Source: Candidatus Bathyarchaeia archaeon
Lineage (GTDB): Archaea; Thermoproteota; Bathyarchaeia; Bathyarchaeales; Bathycorpusculaceae
Length of the DNA: 64,000 nucleotides
Direction: 5' to 3'
Assembly: GCA_049516875.1 (NCBI GenBank)
Contig: JBEKSS010000007.1
Span: 175,536-239,535 of the forward strand
How positions within the stretch are numbered: position 1 is the stretch's first letter; each line of letters begins with the position of its first letter. The notes below the pieces were generated by a model, which was not told where the DNA came from, made no database searches, and saw only the letters and a list, made by a program, of their open reading frames with translations. The position numbers and the translations under genes were made by a program. Below, in pieces: positions 52,573 through 62,730 of this stretch.

Positions 52573-53283
52573 ATGACTGGAACGTTGTATCTGGAGGACG
52601 GTTATCTCAAAGAATGTGACGCCGTTGTTGTTTCGGTCAAAGACGGAAAATCCGTGGTTCTGGATCAAACAATTTTTTATCCTAAGGGCGGCGGTCAGCC
52701 CTGTGACACGGGGAAGATCATCGGCGGAAAAGAGGTTTACAACGTTGTTTATGTCGGCAAATTCTCAGGTGAAATCAGTCACGAGGTTGACCGTCCTGGG
52801 TTGAAAGCAGGCGACAGAGTTCGTTGCGTACTAGACTGGGACCGCAGGTACAGGCTTATGCGCAGTCACACTGCGGCCCACCTTTTCGCTTCGCTATTGT
52901 GCAACGGCACGGGCGCACTTGTCACCGGCAACCAGCTTGAAACCGACAAAATCCGCTTCGACTTCAGCCTAGCACAGTTCAACCCTGAAATACTCGAAGA
53001 GTACGTGACCAAAACCAACGAGCTGCTCAGAAAAGACACACCAGTAAAATCCTATGAGCTTCCCAGAGAAGAAGCCCTCAAGATCCCAGGCGTAGTAAAA
53101 ATGGCCGCAGCCTTCCCCCCGGACATACCCCGCCTCCGCATCGTAGAACTAGTCAACCTCGACAAACAAGCCGACGGAGGAACCCACGTCAAAAACCTGA
53201 ACGAAGTCGGCCAAATACGACTGCTCAAGACCGAAAACAAAGGCAAAAACAACAGACGAATCTACTTCACCCTAACGCCATGA
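52573..53283 (+). CDS. alaX: AlaX-M trans-editing alanyl-tRNA deacylase
   Basis: FYPKGGGQPCD, RSHTAAH, ADGGTH. Confidence 0.92.
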   Translation: MTGTLYLEDGYLKECDAVVVSVKDGKSVVLDQTIFYPKGGGQPCDTGKIIGGKEVYNVVYVGKFSGEISHEVDRPGLKAGDRVRCVLDWDRRYRLMRSHTAAHLFASLLCNGTGALVTGNQLETDKIRFDFSLAQFNPEILEEYVTKTNELLRKDTPVKSYELPREEALKIPGVVKMAAAFPPDIPRLRIVELVNLDKQADGGTHVKNLNEVGQIRLLKTENKGKNNRRIYFTLTP

Positions 53284-53392
53284 CCCACACCCAAACCGTG
53301 GGTTACTAATGTTAGAAAACGGACGTTTGCAAGCAAAAGCTATATGAAAACAGCCTGCTAAATCAAGTCTCATCACTTGGAGAGGAAGACAT

Positions 53393-54181
53393 TTGGACAT
53401 AATTGTGTGTGTCAAGCATGTTCCAGAAACTGCTGACGCAGAGCTGAAAATCGATGCGACAGGGAAGGGCATAGATAGAGCGGGCTTGGTCTTCGACATC
53501 AACGAGTGGGACGATTATGCCTTGGAAGAAGCAGTGCGCATGAGGGAAAAGCAGGGAGGAACTGTCACGGCCATAACCATCGGGGCTGACGATTCTGACA
53601 CGACTTTGAGAAAGTGTTTGGCCCGAGGGGCAGACAAGGCGATAAGGATGACCGACCCGAAATTCAACGATTCGGACGGCTACGCCACGGCAAAAATCCT
53701 GCACAGCGCAATCAAAACGTTACATTTCGACCTCATCCTGACAGGCATGCAAGCGGGTGACGACGGTCAGGCCACCGTCGGTCCAATCCTTGCCGAAATG
53801 CTCAAAATTCCCCACGCCACGATGGTCAAGAAAATCGAGCTTGCAGCCGGCACAGCGAAGGTAAACCGAGAGCTTGAAGGTGGATTAGAGGAGCAGGTTG
53901 AGGTGAAAACGCCGGCTTTGCTTTCGGTTCAGACGGGGATAAACGAGCCAAGGTACGTTTCGATAATGGGCATCAGAAAAGCCATGCAGAAAGAAATAAA
54001 GCTCATGACCCTGGTCGACACTGGCCTAACTGAAAATGACGTTGGCGCGGCGGGTTCATGGGTCAAAGTGGAGAACATGTACGTTCCGCCAGTCGAGAAA
54101 CAAGCTGAATTCATCAAGGGAAGCCCGGACGAGATTGCCACGAGAATCACCGAGATCCTCAAGTCAAGGGGGCTGATCTAG
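53393..54181 (+). CDS. etfB: Electron transfer flavoprotein beta subunit
   Basis: IIVCVKHVP, DDYALEEA, GMQAGD, NEPRY. Confidence 0.93.
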   Translation: MDIIVCVKHVPETADAELKIDATGKGIDRAGLVFDINEWDDYALEEAVRMREKQGGTVTAITIGADDSDTTLRKCLARGADKAIRMTDPKFNDSDGYATAKILHSAIKTLHFDLILTGMQAGDDGQATVGPILAEMLKIPHATMVKKIELAAGTAKVNRELEGGLEEQVEVKTPALLSVQTGINEPRYVSIMGIRKAMQKEIKLMTLVDTGLTENDVGAAGSWVKVENMYVPPVEKQAEFIKGSPDEIATRITEILKSRGLI

Positions 54182-54182
54182 G

Positions 54183-55178
54183 ATGGCCGAAATCTTCGTT
54201 CTCGCAGAGCACAGACAGGGGCAAATCAGAGACATAACCTACGAGATGCTCACGAAAGCCCGGGAGATGTCCGAGAAAACAGGCTCAGAACTGACGGCGG
54301 TTCTTCTTGGCAGAGACGTGAAAGAGCACGCAAAGATGCTGGCGGAATACGCGAAGACCGTTATACTGATTGAAGATGGCAAGCTTGAGAACTTCAATTC
54401 TGAAGCTTACAAGAGAATTCTGTCAGCGCTGATCGTTCAGCACAGGCCTGTGTTGGTGATGATGGGACACACTTCTTATGGCGTGGACTTGGCTCCGAGA
54501 CTCGCGGCAGCTTTGGACCTGCCCCTTGCGACGGACTGCATAGACTTGTCGTTCGAGAACGGCGCGTTTACGGTGACTCGTCAGATGTATGGTGGAAAGG
54601 TGAACGTCAAAGCCGTTGCCAGAAAAGCCGAGACGTACATCGCAACCGTGCGTCAGGCAACGTTCGCGCCGCAGAAACCCTCACCGCCGGCAAATGGACA
54701 AATCGTCGAGACGCAGACGCCGTTGACGGAGGAGATAACCGAGAAACGGTTCATACAGTACGTTCTGCCACCGCCGGGCGGGGTTGACATAACCGTCGCC
54801 GATAAGCTCGTGGGCGTCGGTCGCGGGATAAAAGACGTCGCGAACGTGCCCATCGTGGATGAGCTGGCTAAGAGTTTGGGCGGCGTTTTGGCCTGTTCGC
54901 GTCCCATCGTGGACAAGGGTTGGCTTCCCACCGACCGTCAGGTTGGCACGTCGGGGAAGACGGTGAAGCCCAAGCTGTACCTTGCCCTGGGAATCAGCGG
55001 TGCGTTCCAGCACGTGCTGGGCATGAAGGGCTCGGATCTTATAATAGCGGTGAACAAGGATCCGAAGGCTCCGATTTTCAGCTTCGCCGATTACGCTGTC
55101 GTAGAGGATTTGTTCAAGGTTGTTCCTGCTTTGAAAAGCAAAGTATATGAATCGAAGACGCAGAAGACCTGCAAGTAA
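54183..55178 (+). CDS. etfA: Electron transfer flavoprotein alpha subunit
   Basis: GRG, SRPIVD, QVGTSGKTVKP, GISGAFQH, NKD. Confidence 0.93.
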   Translation: MAEIFVLAEHRQGQIRDITYEMLTKAREMSEKTGSELTAVLLGRDVKEHAKMLAEYAKTVILIEDGKLENFNSEAYKRILSALIVQHRPVLVMMGHTSYGVDLAPRLAAALDLPLATDCIDLSFENGAFTVTRQMYGGKVNVKAVARKAETYIATVRQATFAPQKPSPPANGQIVETQTPLTEEITEKRFIQYVLPPPGGVDITVADKLVGVGRGIKDVANVPIVDELAKSLGGVLACSRPIVDKGWLPTDRQVGTSGKTVKPKLYLALGISGAFQHVLGMKGSDLIIAVNKDPKAPIFSFADYAVVEDLFKVVPALKSKVYESKTQKTCK

Positions 55179-55190
55179 CCGAAGGAGAGA

Positions 55191-56348
55191 ATGAAGATGG
55201 ACTTTAAGCTGAACGATGAACAGAAGGAGATTCAGCGTGCGGTGCACGAGTTCTGCACGAAGGAGTTTACTCCGGAGCTGGCTTTGGAGCTTGATCAGAA
55301 GGAGGAGTTTCCGATGGCCCTGTACAAGAAAGCCGCGCAGCTGGGGTTCACGAGTATGCGGATTCCGCAGGAGTACGACGGGCAGGGGTACGGCGTGCTG
55401 GAGGACTGTTTGGTCGTCGAGGAGATGTGCCGAGCGGATCCAGGATTAGGCGTTGCGGTGTCGCTGGGAAACCTTATGATTCCAGACGTGCTGCTGAAAC
55501 ACGGAAACGAGGAGCAGAAGAAAACGTACATTCCGCCGTTGGCAAGGGGTGACAAGATCGCTGCGGCAGCCTTCACGGAGCCCGAGCATGGGAGCGACAT
55601 AACACGCATGGACTCGACTGCCGTCAAGAACGGGGGCGAGTGGACGATTAACGGGGCGAAAGAGTTCATAACGAACGCGACGACGGCTGACACGTTTATC
55701 CTACTTTGTCAGAGCGACCCGAACGTTCAGCCTTCGCACAGGGGGCAGAGCCTGTTCTTGGCTGAAAAGGGTATGTGCGGGTTGGAGGCGACGAAGCTGC
55801 ACGGGAAGATGGGGATTAAACCGTGTGTGACGGGTTCGTTGAGCATGGCTGACTTGAAAGTGCCAGAGGCGAACCTTGTGGGTGAGCAGGGCAAGGGGTT
55901 TTATTACACTTTGGAGCTTTTTGATGGGACTAGGATTACGGTGGCGGCTCAGGCTGTGGGTATGGCGCAGGGAGCGTTTGAGCGGGCGTTGGCGTATGCG
56001 AAGAGTCGGAAGCAGTTTGGGCAGGTGATTATGGGGTTTGAGGGTGTGAGTTTCAAGCTTGCTGAGATGCTGATTAAAATCGAGTCTGCACGGCTGATGA
56101 TGTACAAGGCGGCTTGGCTTTATGACAAGGAGAAGCCGAACGCTGTTGCGACGTCGATGGCCAAGGTCTATGCGAGCCGGGTTGCCATGGAAGTGACGGA
56201 CGATGCTATTCAAGTGTTCGGGGGCTACGGTTACTTGGCGGACTATCATGTTGAGAGGTTCCACCGATGCGCGAAGATAACTGAAATCTACGAGGGCACG
56301 AGTGAGATTCAGAAGTTTACGATAGCCAACTACTTGGCTAAACAGTAG
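55191..56348 (+). CDS. Acyl-CoA dehydrogenase
   Basis: FTEPEHGSD, NGAKEFITN, RKQFG, QVFGGYGY, IYEGTSEIQ. Confidence 0.95.
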   Translation: MKMDFKLNDEQKEIQRAVHEFCTKEFTPELALELDQKEEFPMALYKKAAQLGFTSMRIPQEYDGQGYGVLEDCLVVEEMCRADPGLGVAVSLGNLMIPDVLLKHGNEEQKKTYIPPLARGDKIAAAAFTEPEHGSDITRMDSTAVKNGGEWTINGAKEFITNATTADTFILLCQSDPNVQPSHRGQSLFLAEKGMCGLEATKLHGKMGIKPCVTGSLSMADLKVPEANLVGEQGKGFYYTLELFDGTRITVAAQAVGMAQGAFERALAYAKSRKQFGQVIMGFEGVSFKLAEMLIKIESARLMMYKAAWLYDKEKPNAVATSMAKVYASRVAMEVTDDAIQVFGGYGYLADYHVERFHRCAKITEIYEGTSEIQKFTIANYLAKQ

Positions 56349-56378
56349 CGCGTGCACGTTGATTTGAGTCAGTCGTTC

Positions 56379-56507
56379 ATGTTGAAGTGCGAGCCCTTGT
56401 GTTTGAGCACTCACTCCGTGATTTCTTTGAGTGTCAAAACATTGTTGAACAATGTTGGTTTGAAGCTTTTTTTACTCAATTCCGCGAGGTTTTTGAGTAA
56501 GTTTCGG
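56379..56507 (-). repeat. Dispersed ~130-bp dimeric repeat, copy 3 (inverted)
   Basis: Reverse complement ACTCAAAAACCTCGCGGAATTGAGTAAAAAAAGCTTCAAACCAACATTGTTCAACAATGTTTTGACACTCAAAGAAATCACG closely matches copy 1. Confidence 0.9.
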
Positions 56508-56527
56508 CATGCTGAGTATTCTGTCTT

Positions 56528-57277
56528 TCACTTTTTTCTGCAGATGAACAGAATTTTCCTGCCTTCTTCTCTCAAGTTGGCTTCAATGATCTCGAAATGT
56601 TTATAGAGAGCAATTTTCATCTTTGCGACTGGGTATATTGTTTCTTTGAATTTGTATTTGTTGAGTTGGTAGAGTCCGTTTGGGAGTTTTTCGAATATTC
56701 TGGAGTCCCAAGTCATTGTGTTGCCCTTCACTGTCTCTTTGTCGTAGTAGTATCCTTTTGGGAATTCTTTGACTGATGAGGTGGATCTGTTGTATTTTTC
56801 CAGCCAGTGAAGCGTGTCTCTCAGCATTTTCGGGGTGTACACGTCAAAGATGAACAGCCCATCTCTGTCGAGATGCTCATTCACTGCCTTGAATGTTGAT
56901 TTCCATTGGGCAAAGTCTTTCAGAAAGTTGATTGCATCGTTGGCGGAGAATATGGCATCGAACTTTTCGTTAATCTTGAAGTTGTGCATGCTGGAAACAA
57001 AGAACTTGCCCTTTGGGATCCTCCTTCTGCAAACCTCAATGTAATCTCTTTCAATGTCCAAACCATATATAGCGTATCTTTCGGGAAGATTAGCCAAGAC
57101 CTCTCCAATTCCACAACCTATTTCCAGTATCTTCTTTGCCTGCTTGCAGTATTCATTTATAGGTTCCAGAACAATGTGCGCCCTTTCCCTTGCTCCTTCC
57201 TTGCTTGTGAGCGATTCCCAGAAAGTCGCAAAGGGTTTCGAGGCCTTGCCTCTGTGCTCATACCTAACCTTGCACAC
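56528..57277 (-). CDS. Class I SAM-dependent methyltransferase
   Basis: ILEIGCGIG, GLD, FDAI, HLDRDGLFIFD. Confidence 0.88.
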   Translation of the reverse strand: MCKVRYEHRGKASKPFATFWESLTSKEGARERAHIVLEPINEYCKQAKKILEIGCGIGEVLANLPERYAIYGLDIERDYIEVCRRRIPKGKFFVSSMHNFKINEKFDAIFSANDAINFLKDFAQWKSTFKAVNEHLDRDGLFIFDVYTPKMLRDTLHWLEKYNRSTSSVKEFPKGYYYDKETVKGNTMTWDSRIFEKLPNGLYQLNKYKFKETIYPVAKMKIALYKHFEIIEANLREEGRKILFICRKK

Positions 57278-57673
57278 TCTCCAAACTCAAACACAGTAAG
57301 TTTTGACCTAGATTGTATAAGACTTTGCTTCACTCTGTGATACAAGGCTGAGTGATATCATCTTAACCAAGGTCTCTTGTGAATGTTTTTCAGCAAGATT
57401 GTTGTTTGTGAGCGCGCAATATCAGAATACACGGCTTTTACCATGAAAACCTGACAAAACGTGTAACAATCAGGTTTTTCAAAGAACAGTCAATTCTCCA
57501 ACATACGCAATGGTCTGTTTAGGGTCAGTTGTCAGGGACAGACGACCAGTTCTCAAAGAAATGAGGCGCTTTTTGCGTATACGCAGTTAATCGCAACGCG
57601 CGCTTGAATATGCTCTTGATAATTTCATCTCCCAGAATAAGTGATTCTTAAGCCCGTGTCGTTGCAGTCACGT

Positions 57674-58207
57674 TTAAATATGCAATCGGAAATCCAAGAC
57701 TATCGCGGAAACGGAGGTGGAATAACGGAAAAGGCGCAAGACCCTTTGAAAGTGGCCAAAAACGCCTACAAGTTCATAATGGAAAACGACCGTGCGCGTG
57801 TACTTGAGCGCGCGCGTCAGACTTTTCACCAAGGTTCTCATCTCAAAAAGATAGACATGATCGATGACCAACGGTCTAGTTGCTCCTCTTGATGTTACGG
57901 GAGGCGATTTTGGGCCTGTCAGAACTAAGTAGTAATCGGCAAGGCTATGCGTTGTAACGTCGAGGATACCTTCCTGCTTCCCATATAACTTAACGTTTGC
58001 CGTTTTTCCGTTCAGTGGGCCTTCAACAAACACGCCGTCGATTCCCTTTGCGGTGGCTGAGACTTCAAGTTTTATTCCAAAGATCCTTGAAGCGATGAAC
58101 TCTCCTATATGACTAGGCAGGGAGGGTCGCCTTATGATGCTCGATATATCTGAATCAATTTGTCTTTTCTTTGTGAGTAATTCAGCAAGTCTTTCAAGCT
58201 CATTCAT
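57674..58207 (-). CDS. Hypothetical protein, possibly nuclease-fold and possibly 3'-truncated near 57810
   Basis: HIGE...GIDG...NVK pattern; the tail after the GCGCGCGCG tract looks unrelated. Confidence 0.55.
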   Translation of the reverse strand: MNELERLAELLTKKRQIDSDISSIIRRPSLPSHIGEFIASRIFGIKLEVSATAKGIDGVFVEGPLNGKTANVKLYGKQEGILDVTTHSLADYYLVLTGPKSPPVTSRGATRPLVIDHVYLFEMRTLVKSLTRALKYTRTVVFHYELVGVFGHFQRVLRLFRYSTSVSAIVLDFRLHI

Positions 58208-58322
58208 AACGGTTACCGCTCATTTTTACCTGCGTGTCCGCGGATAAGCATATGGTCATTTCCTGGTTTGGTTCAAAAGCCCCCATTGCGCGCGCTGAGT
58301 CAACGTCACGATTTGGCGCTTC

Positions 58323-58673
58323 CTAGCCTTGCAGTGTCTTCCGGATCTCTTGAAGATTTCTTGTTGTGACAGGATCGTTGATTGATAGGTATTCTTTCAG
58401 TTTTTCGCATGGATAATCGTCACAGTGGGCGCAGGTTTTGACTTTCTTTTCTATCGCGCATGGTCTTATATCGCAGAGTTTTCGGCAGAAACCAGAAATC
58501 AAATCTGACTTGCACCCGTGGCAGTCAACGTCTTCTGGTTTGAACTTGATCTCGCCTTGATCAGACCAGTGCTTGGCCATCTGCTTCTTCCATTCAAGAT
58601 TTCCTGTTTGAGTCGCCTTGAACGCCTTACACTCTTCGCAGTTCAATCCACAATAGGCAATTATTTCAGACAT
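58323..58673 (-). CDS. DUF3795-like Cys-rich protein
   Basis: AYCGLNCEEC...CHGC...CDIRPC...CAHCDDYPC. Confidence 0.85.
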   Translation of the reverse strand: MSEIIAYCGLNCEECKAFKATQTGNLEWKKQMAKHWSDQGEIKFKPEDVDCHGCKSDLISGFCRKLCDIRPCAIEKKVKTCAHCDDYPCEKLKEYLSINDPVTTRNLQEIRKTLQG

Positions 58674-58837
58674 GTTCTTGCACCTTCCTCCTTTTCAACA
58701 TTATTGACACAGAGTGACTGTGATCGACGAGATAAGGGTTCTACAGTCATATGACGGCTGACAATGTTTCAAAAAGCTAGACTCTTGTTGGACGAGGATA
58801 TCCTGATCGCGCATGCTATCTGATTTCGCGAGCGCGC

Positions 58838-59236
58838 TCACAGAATGGGAAGTAGCAAAATGATTTCGCTTTGACTCTTATAGAATTCGACCTCTGGACG
58901 TGAACGATCCGCGCCACATTCTTTTGCCATCGCTTCAAAAGTCTCGGCTATGACTTCCACCCTACTTCGGTAGTCAGCGACTTTTTCGCGGGCATATTTT
59001 CCTCCTGGGATCGTCCATGTTGGAAGTCCAAAGGTTTCAGCTTCTTTTTCGTCAATAGTGGCCACGCAGGCACGGTACACGTTATCGTGATAGGCGCCAT
59101 AGAACTTGCGCCCCTTGAGACTTGGAAGCTTCGATTCGAGCGTGGACCATGCTTCGCCAACTCCGGAAAGACCTCCTTCCGCCTTGACCCACATCACTCG
59201 AATAGCATCCAATGTCACTTCCATTCTGGCCATCAC
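58838..59236 (-). CDS. GyrI-like small-molecule-binding protein
   Basis: FYG...YRACV...IPGGKYA...RPEVEFY. Confidence 0.78.
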   Translation of the reverse strand: MMARMEVTLDAIRVMWVKAEGGLSGVGEAWSTLESKLPSLKGRKFYGAYHDNVYRACVATIDEKEAETFGLPTWTIPGGKYAREKVADYRSRVEVIAETFEAMAKECGADRSRPEVEFYKSQSEIILLLPIL

Positions 59237-59365
59237 ATCCCACCCTCACGATCATTGTGACCCGTCGCAAAGATAATGGTTTCCAGAGTCTCCGGCGATT
59301 TTTTTTACCAAAGGGCAAATTTATTTGCTCAAAAGCAATATACTAGACCTCCGAAAAAGGTGTTG

Positions 59366-59659
59366 ATGATGATTGACTACGAGAAAACGGAGAGATTCCT
59401 GAAGGCTCTCGCTGACAAATCACGACTGCAAATCTTAGAGTGCATACCGAATGAAGTCGCAAACCCTGGCGAAATCGCCAAGAAACTTGATCGCCACAGG
59501 TCGACCGTCGAGAAGCATTTGAGAGTGCTTCTGAAAGCAGGAATTGTTGAAAAAGTTCCGTCATTAACCAAGGCAGGTCAGCTTTCTATTCGTTACAAGG
59601 TATGTGATAATGCAACAGAACTTCTGAAAACGATTCTGGACGCAACTCAGAAAATCTGA
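59366..59659 (+). CDS. ArsR-family regulator
   Basis: LKALADKSRLQIL...STVEKHLRVLLKAGIV. Confidence 0.88.
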   Translation: MMIDYEKTERFLKALADKSRLQILECIPNEVANPGEIAKKLDRHRSTVEKHLRVLLKAGIVEKVPSLTKAGQLSIRYKVCDNATELLKTILDATQKI

Positions 59660-59717
59660 ACACTTGACGCCTCAAACGCCAGCGCGCGCTAGAGGTATTT
59701 CTATCATTCTCTTCCCA

Positions 59718-60143
59718 TTAAGGTTCTGTTTCTTCTTTAGACTTTTTCAGCCTGTCTTCGCATTCTCTCTGGAGCCAGAGCCATTTCTTCCGTTGCCACT
59801 CGTTGCTCCATGCTTTCTTTTGTTCTTCTAGCCATCTTCCTGTTCCGAGGGCTCTACGTCTCCTCAGGTTTTCGATGGCTGTCAAATGATGCTGCCACAC
59901 GGGGTTGTAGCAGAATTGTATGAGCTGAGAGCAGGGAAACTCTCCGCACTTGCCGCAGGCTTCAAGACCTCGTTGTTCAACGCAACACTTGTAGATGTCG
60001 CATTGCTTGTGATGGGGTGAAGCAGCGCATGAGTCGCAGTTGCAGCCGCAGCCATGACAGTTTTTGTAGACCAAGTGGTCGATGCAAGCGCCACAGTAGA
60101 GACCGCAGGGTGCAGCTAGTTTTCCGTCTTCGTTTGAAGTAAT
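59718..60143 (-). CDS. DUF3795-like Cys-rich protein (probable ATT start)
   Basis: The frame extends upstream of the track start through APCGLYCGAC; GGAGG SD precedes the ATT at 60143. Confidence 0.75.
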   Translation of the reverse strand: MTSNEDGKLAAPCGLYCGACIDHLVYKNCHGCGCNCDSCAASPHHKQCDIYKCCVEQRGLEACGKCGEFPCSQLIQFCYNPVWQHHLTAIENLRRRRALGTGRWLEEQKKAWSNEWQRKKWLWLQRECEDRLKKSKEETEP

Positions 60144-60329
60144 GCATCCTCCCTCATTCGTTGATGATTGTTCGTTCTTTGCAGTATTTCAACATTGCGA
60201 GCATGCGAAACAAGTAGCAGCCCCCGTGTGCTTGATTATTGCGTTTCTCGCCAAGCTTAGCTTTTGAACGCGCGCGCTTATGTTCTAACAAAAAAGGGAG
60301 GAATTGTGCGATTGGTTTCGTTTTGCTGC

Positions 60330-61404
60330 TTACGTCTTCTTGCGTGCAAAAAGGGCAAGGAGGGCAATCAGAAGTATCAGATCGATTGCTGAGAGGCCCA
60401 GAGCTGCCAAGCTATAGTTGGCTTCGTTGTTGGTTGTTCCTTGCAAGTTGCCAACTGATGTTGTCAGTGTTCCCAGGTTGGTCTGAATTGTTGCGACTCC
60501 ATTGTTTACGCTGGTAACAGTGCCACTTAACGTTCCGAGGCTAGTGCTGATAGTTGCCACGTTTCCCTGAACGCTCACAACTTGGGCATTGATATTGCTC
60601 AGCGAGGTCGTCACGTTGCCTACATTAGTCTTTATTGTGGCGGTGTCTCCCTGAACGCTCAAAATTGTGGAGTTCAATGAAGCCAGATTGTTCAAAATGG
60701 TCTCTGTGTCAGAACTGGGACCCGTTATGTTGAAGTTTACTTGGCCACCTATTTCACATGATAGCCATATGGGCGTGTCCTTTTCACCTGCATAAGCTCT
60801 AATGGAGTGTGTGCCTACTTCTCCTACTGCTGTGAATCGAATCGATATGTTGCCTCCAATAAGTGAATTTTAGGACTGTCTCTGAGCTGGCGCCAGTTAT
60901 TGGGAGGGCAGCGGCTCCAAGTGGTCCTCCAGTGATGTTAAGGAAAATCTGCTGTCCGTTGGCGTAGTTGGCAGGTTGAGGGCTCAGAATCAGCGTTGGT
61001 ACAGTGGTGAAGGTTGCGTTGGTTATTCCTGTTCCGATGCCGTTTTGGGTGGCGTTGACTTGGTGTGGGATATCGGAGAAGTCGCTTGGTGAAATGATGG
61101 TTGTGGTAAAGTCGCCATTTTGATCAGCTGTGATTCCGCTCTTTATAGTGTACGTGGCTACGTGGCCTGCGATGCCTGGAACATCAACAATGTTTCCGAA
61201 CCAAGTCAGGCTTATATTGGCTCCAGGCGCGAAACCGTTGCCGTTAACTGTAATGGGTATTCCGACAGGTCCAGCAGGTGGGAGGAGCGTGATACTTGGC
61301 GGCCCCGCTGCCTTTACGGTTGTGACGTTGAAATTGGCGATGGACAATACTAAGATGGTTGCAAGGAAGACAAGTAAGACTGCAGCATGATTTCGGTTGT
61401 TCAT
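60330..61404 (-). pseudogene. Frameshifted surface (S-layer stalk-like) protein
   Basis: 5' frame: signal peptide and Ig-like domain up to ...KFTY. A second frame is open from about 60860 (GGNISIRFTAVGE...) into a Thr/Val/Asn-rich repeat stalk and TM anchor. Confidence 0.72.
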
Positions 61405-61505
61405 TATTTTATCTCCATAACTTTTTTATAATTGCTGCGACAGTATTAAGGTCCTATGGACTTTTAGCTATAGTACCCGAATACATATACCGAGGCTTAA
61501 AGTCT

Positions 61506-62384
61506 ATGAAAACGGACGATCTTAAGAAGAATATCTTGAAGATGTTTAGAGGCAGAGAGTTCTACGGGTATGAGGTTCACAAAAAGCTCGCGTCTCAAGA
61601 CGTCAAGGTTGAAATCAGCCGCCTCTACAGGATCCTGAACGAGATGCTTAAAGAGAAACTGCTTGAGAGTCGTTGGGAGAAAAGCCAACTCGGACCAAAG
61701 AAGAGAGTGTACAGGCTTGGTGAAAAGGGAAGGAAGAAGCTCGACGGAATTCTTCAAGACGCCATCAGGACTATCCATGCCTCTTACGAAGAGTATCTGC
61801 TGAATCTTCCAGCTGAGCGCAGCGTTTTCGAAAGTGTCCGGCGGCACTTTGCCCGTCAACTCAGGGGACGGGGCAACATCGCCTACGTTACCCCAAGTTA
61901 TTCCGTGATGCACGCGAGGATGATCTGCAATCTTCAAAAAAGAGATTCTCAAGGGAAGATCTATTTCGTGAAGCCGAGATCGGTGCTCGTTGACCCGTGT
62001 CCTGACAACCTGACCTTAATGGACGGCACCTACGAAAACATCCCATTAAAGAACTCTTTTGTCGATCTCTTGGTGGTTATAGACATCCCCCAAAAGGATT
62101 TTCTGGAGACAGCGTTAACAGAGTGGTGCAGGGTGTTACGGGCAGATGGGAAATTGGGAATCTTGATTCCAGCGATTTTCGTAGAGGAGTATAAAGACCC
62201 TTTGACAATCGGCAACTTCATTGAGAAGTATGAACATGACACTATGAAGATAAATGAGCACGCGGATGGGAAATATCTTCGGTCATCATTGAAAAATTTT
62301 TTCCAAAAGATTGAAGAAACAAAGATTGTTCACATGGTGCTCTTCTTAGCATCAGAACCTCGCTCTCCCCGTTTATCACTATGA
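61506..62384 (+). CDS. PadR wHTH fused to a degenerate methyltransferase-fold domain, copy 1
   Basis: FYGYEVHK...SRLYRIL...GPKKRVY; IPLKNSFVDL...EWCRVLRADG. Confidence 0.85.
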   Translation: MKTDDLKKNILKMFRGREFYGYEVHKKLASQDVKVEISRLYRILNEMLKEKLLESRWEKSQLGPKKRVYRLGEKGRKKLDGILQDAIRTIHASYEEYLLNLPAERSVFESVRRHFARQLRGRGNIAYVTPSYSVMHARMICNLQKRDSQGKIYFVKPRSVLVDPCPDNLTLMDGTYENIPLKNSFVDLLVVIDIPQKDFLETALTEWCRVLRADGKLGILIPAIFVEEYKDPLTIGNFIEKYEHDTMKINEHADGKYLRSSLKNFFQKIEETKIVHMVLFLASEPRSPRLSL

Positions 62385-62399
62385 AATCGAAATTGAACG

Positions 62400-62730
62400 A
62401 CTGAGGTTAGCGCGAGGATGTTTGGAAGCAGAGTTTGTGGTTATGCGGCTCACAAGGAGCTTGCTTCAGAAAGGATTAAGGTTGACATCGGTCACTTGTA
62501 GAGTTCTTAAAGTTCTTATTGAGATGTTGCATGCTTGAGGCTCGGTTGGAGAAGGGCCTCGAAAAAGGATGTGCAGGATCGGCGAGAAAGGAAAGAAGGG
62601 ACGTGAAACGATTCTTTTGGACGCGATTGTGACAGCCCGCAGGTTCTACAGCGAGTACTTTCTCACTATACCTGCCAAGACCAATGTTCTCAGTAGCGTG
62701 TGCAAATCACGGTCTAGTAATAGCGCGCGT
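62400..62730 (+). pseudogene. Degenerate, internally deleted PadR/methyltransferase-fold paralog
   Basis: RMFGSRVCGYAAHKELASERIKVDIGHL* and RIGEKGKKG...LDAI...FYSEYFL...NVLSSVCK followed directly by SSNSARA. Confidence 0.75.

Noticed and set aside
54681-56414. Long antisense ORFs opposite etfA and the acyl-CoA dehydrogenase gene (and similar shadows elsewhere)
   Set aside because: Shadows of well-supported genes, favoured by the skewed codon usage
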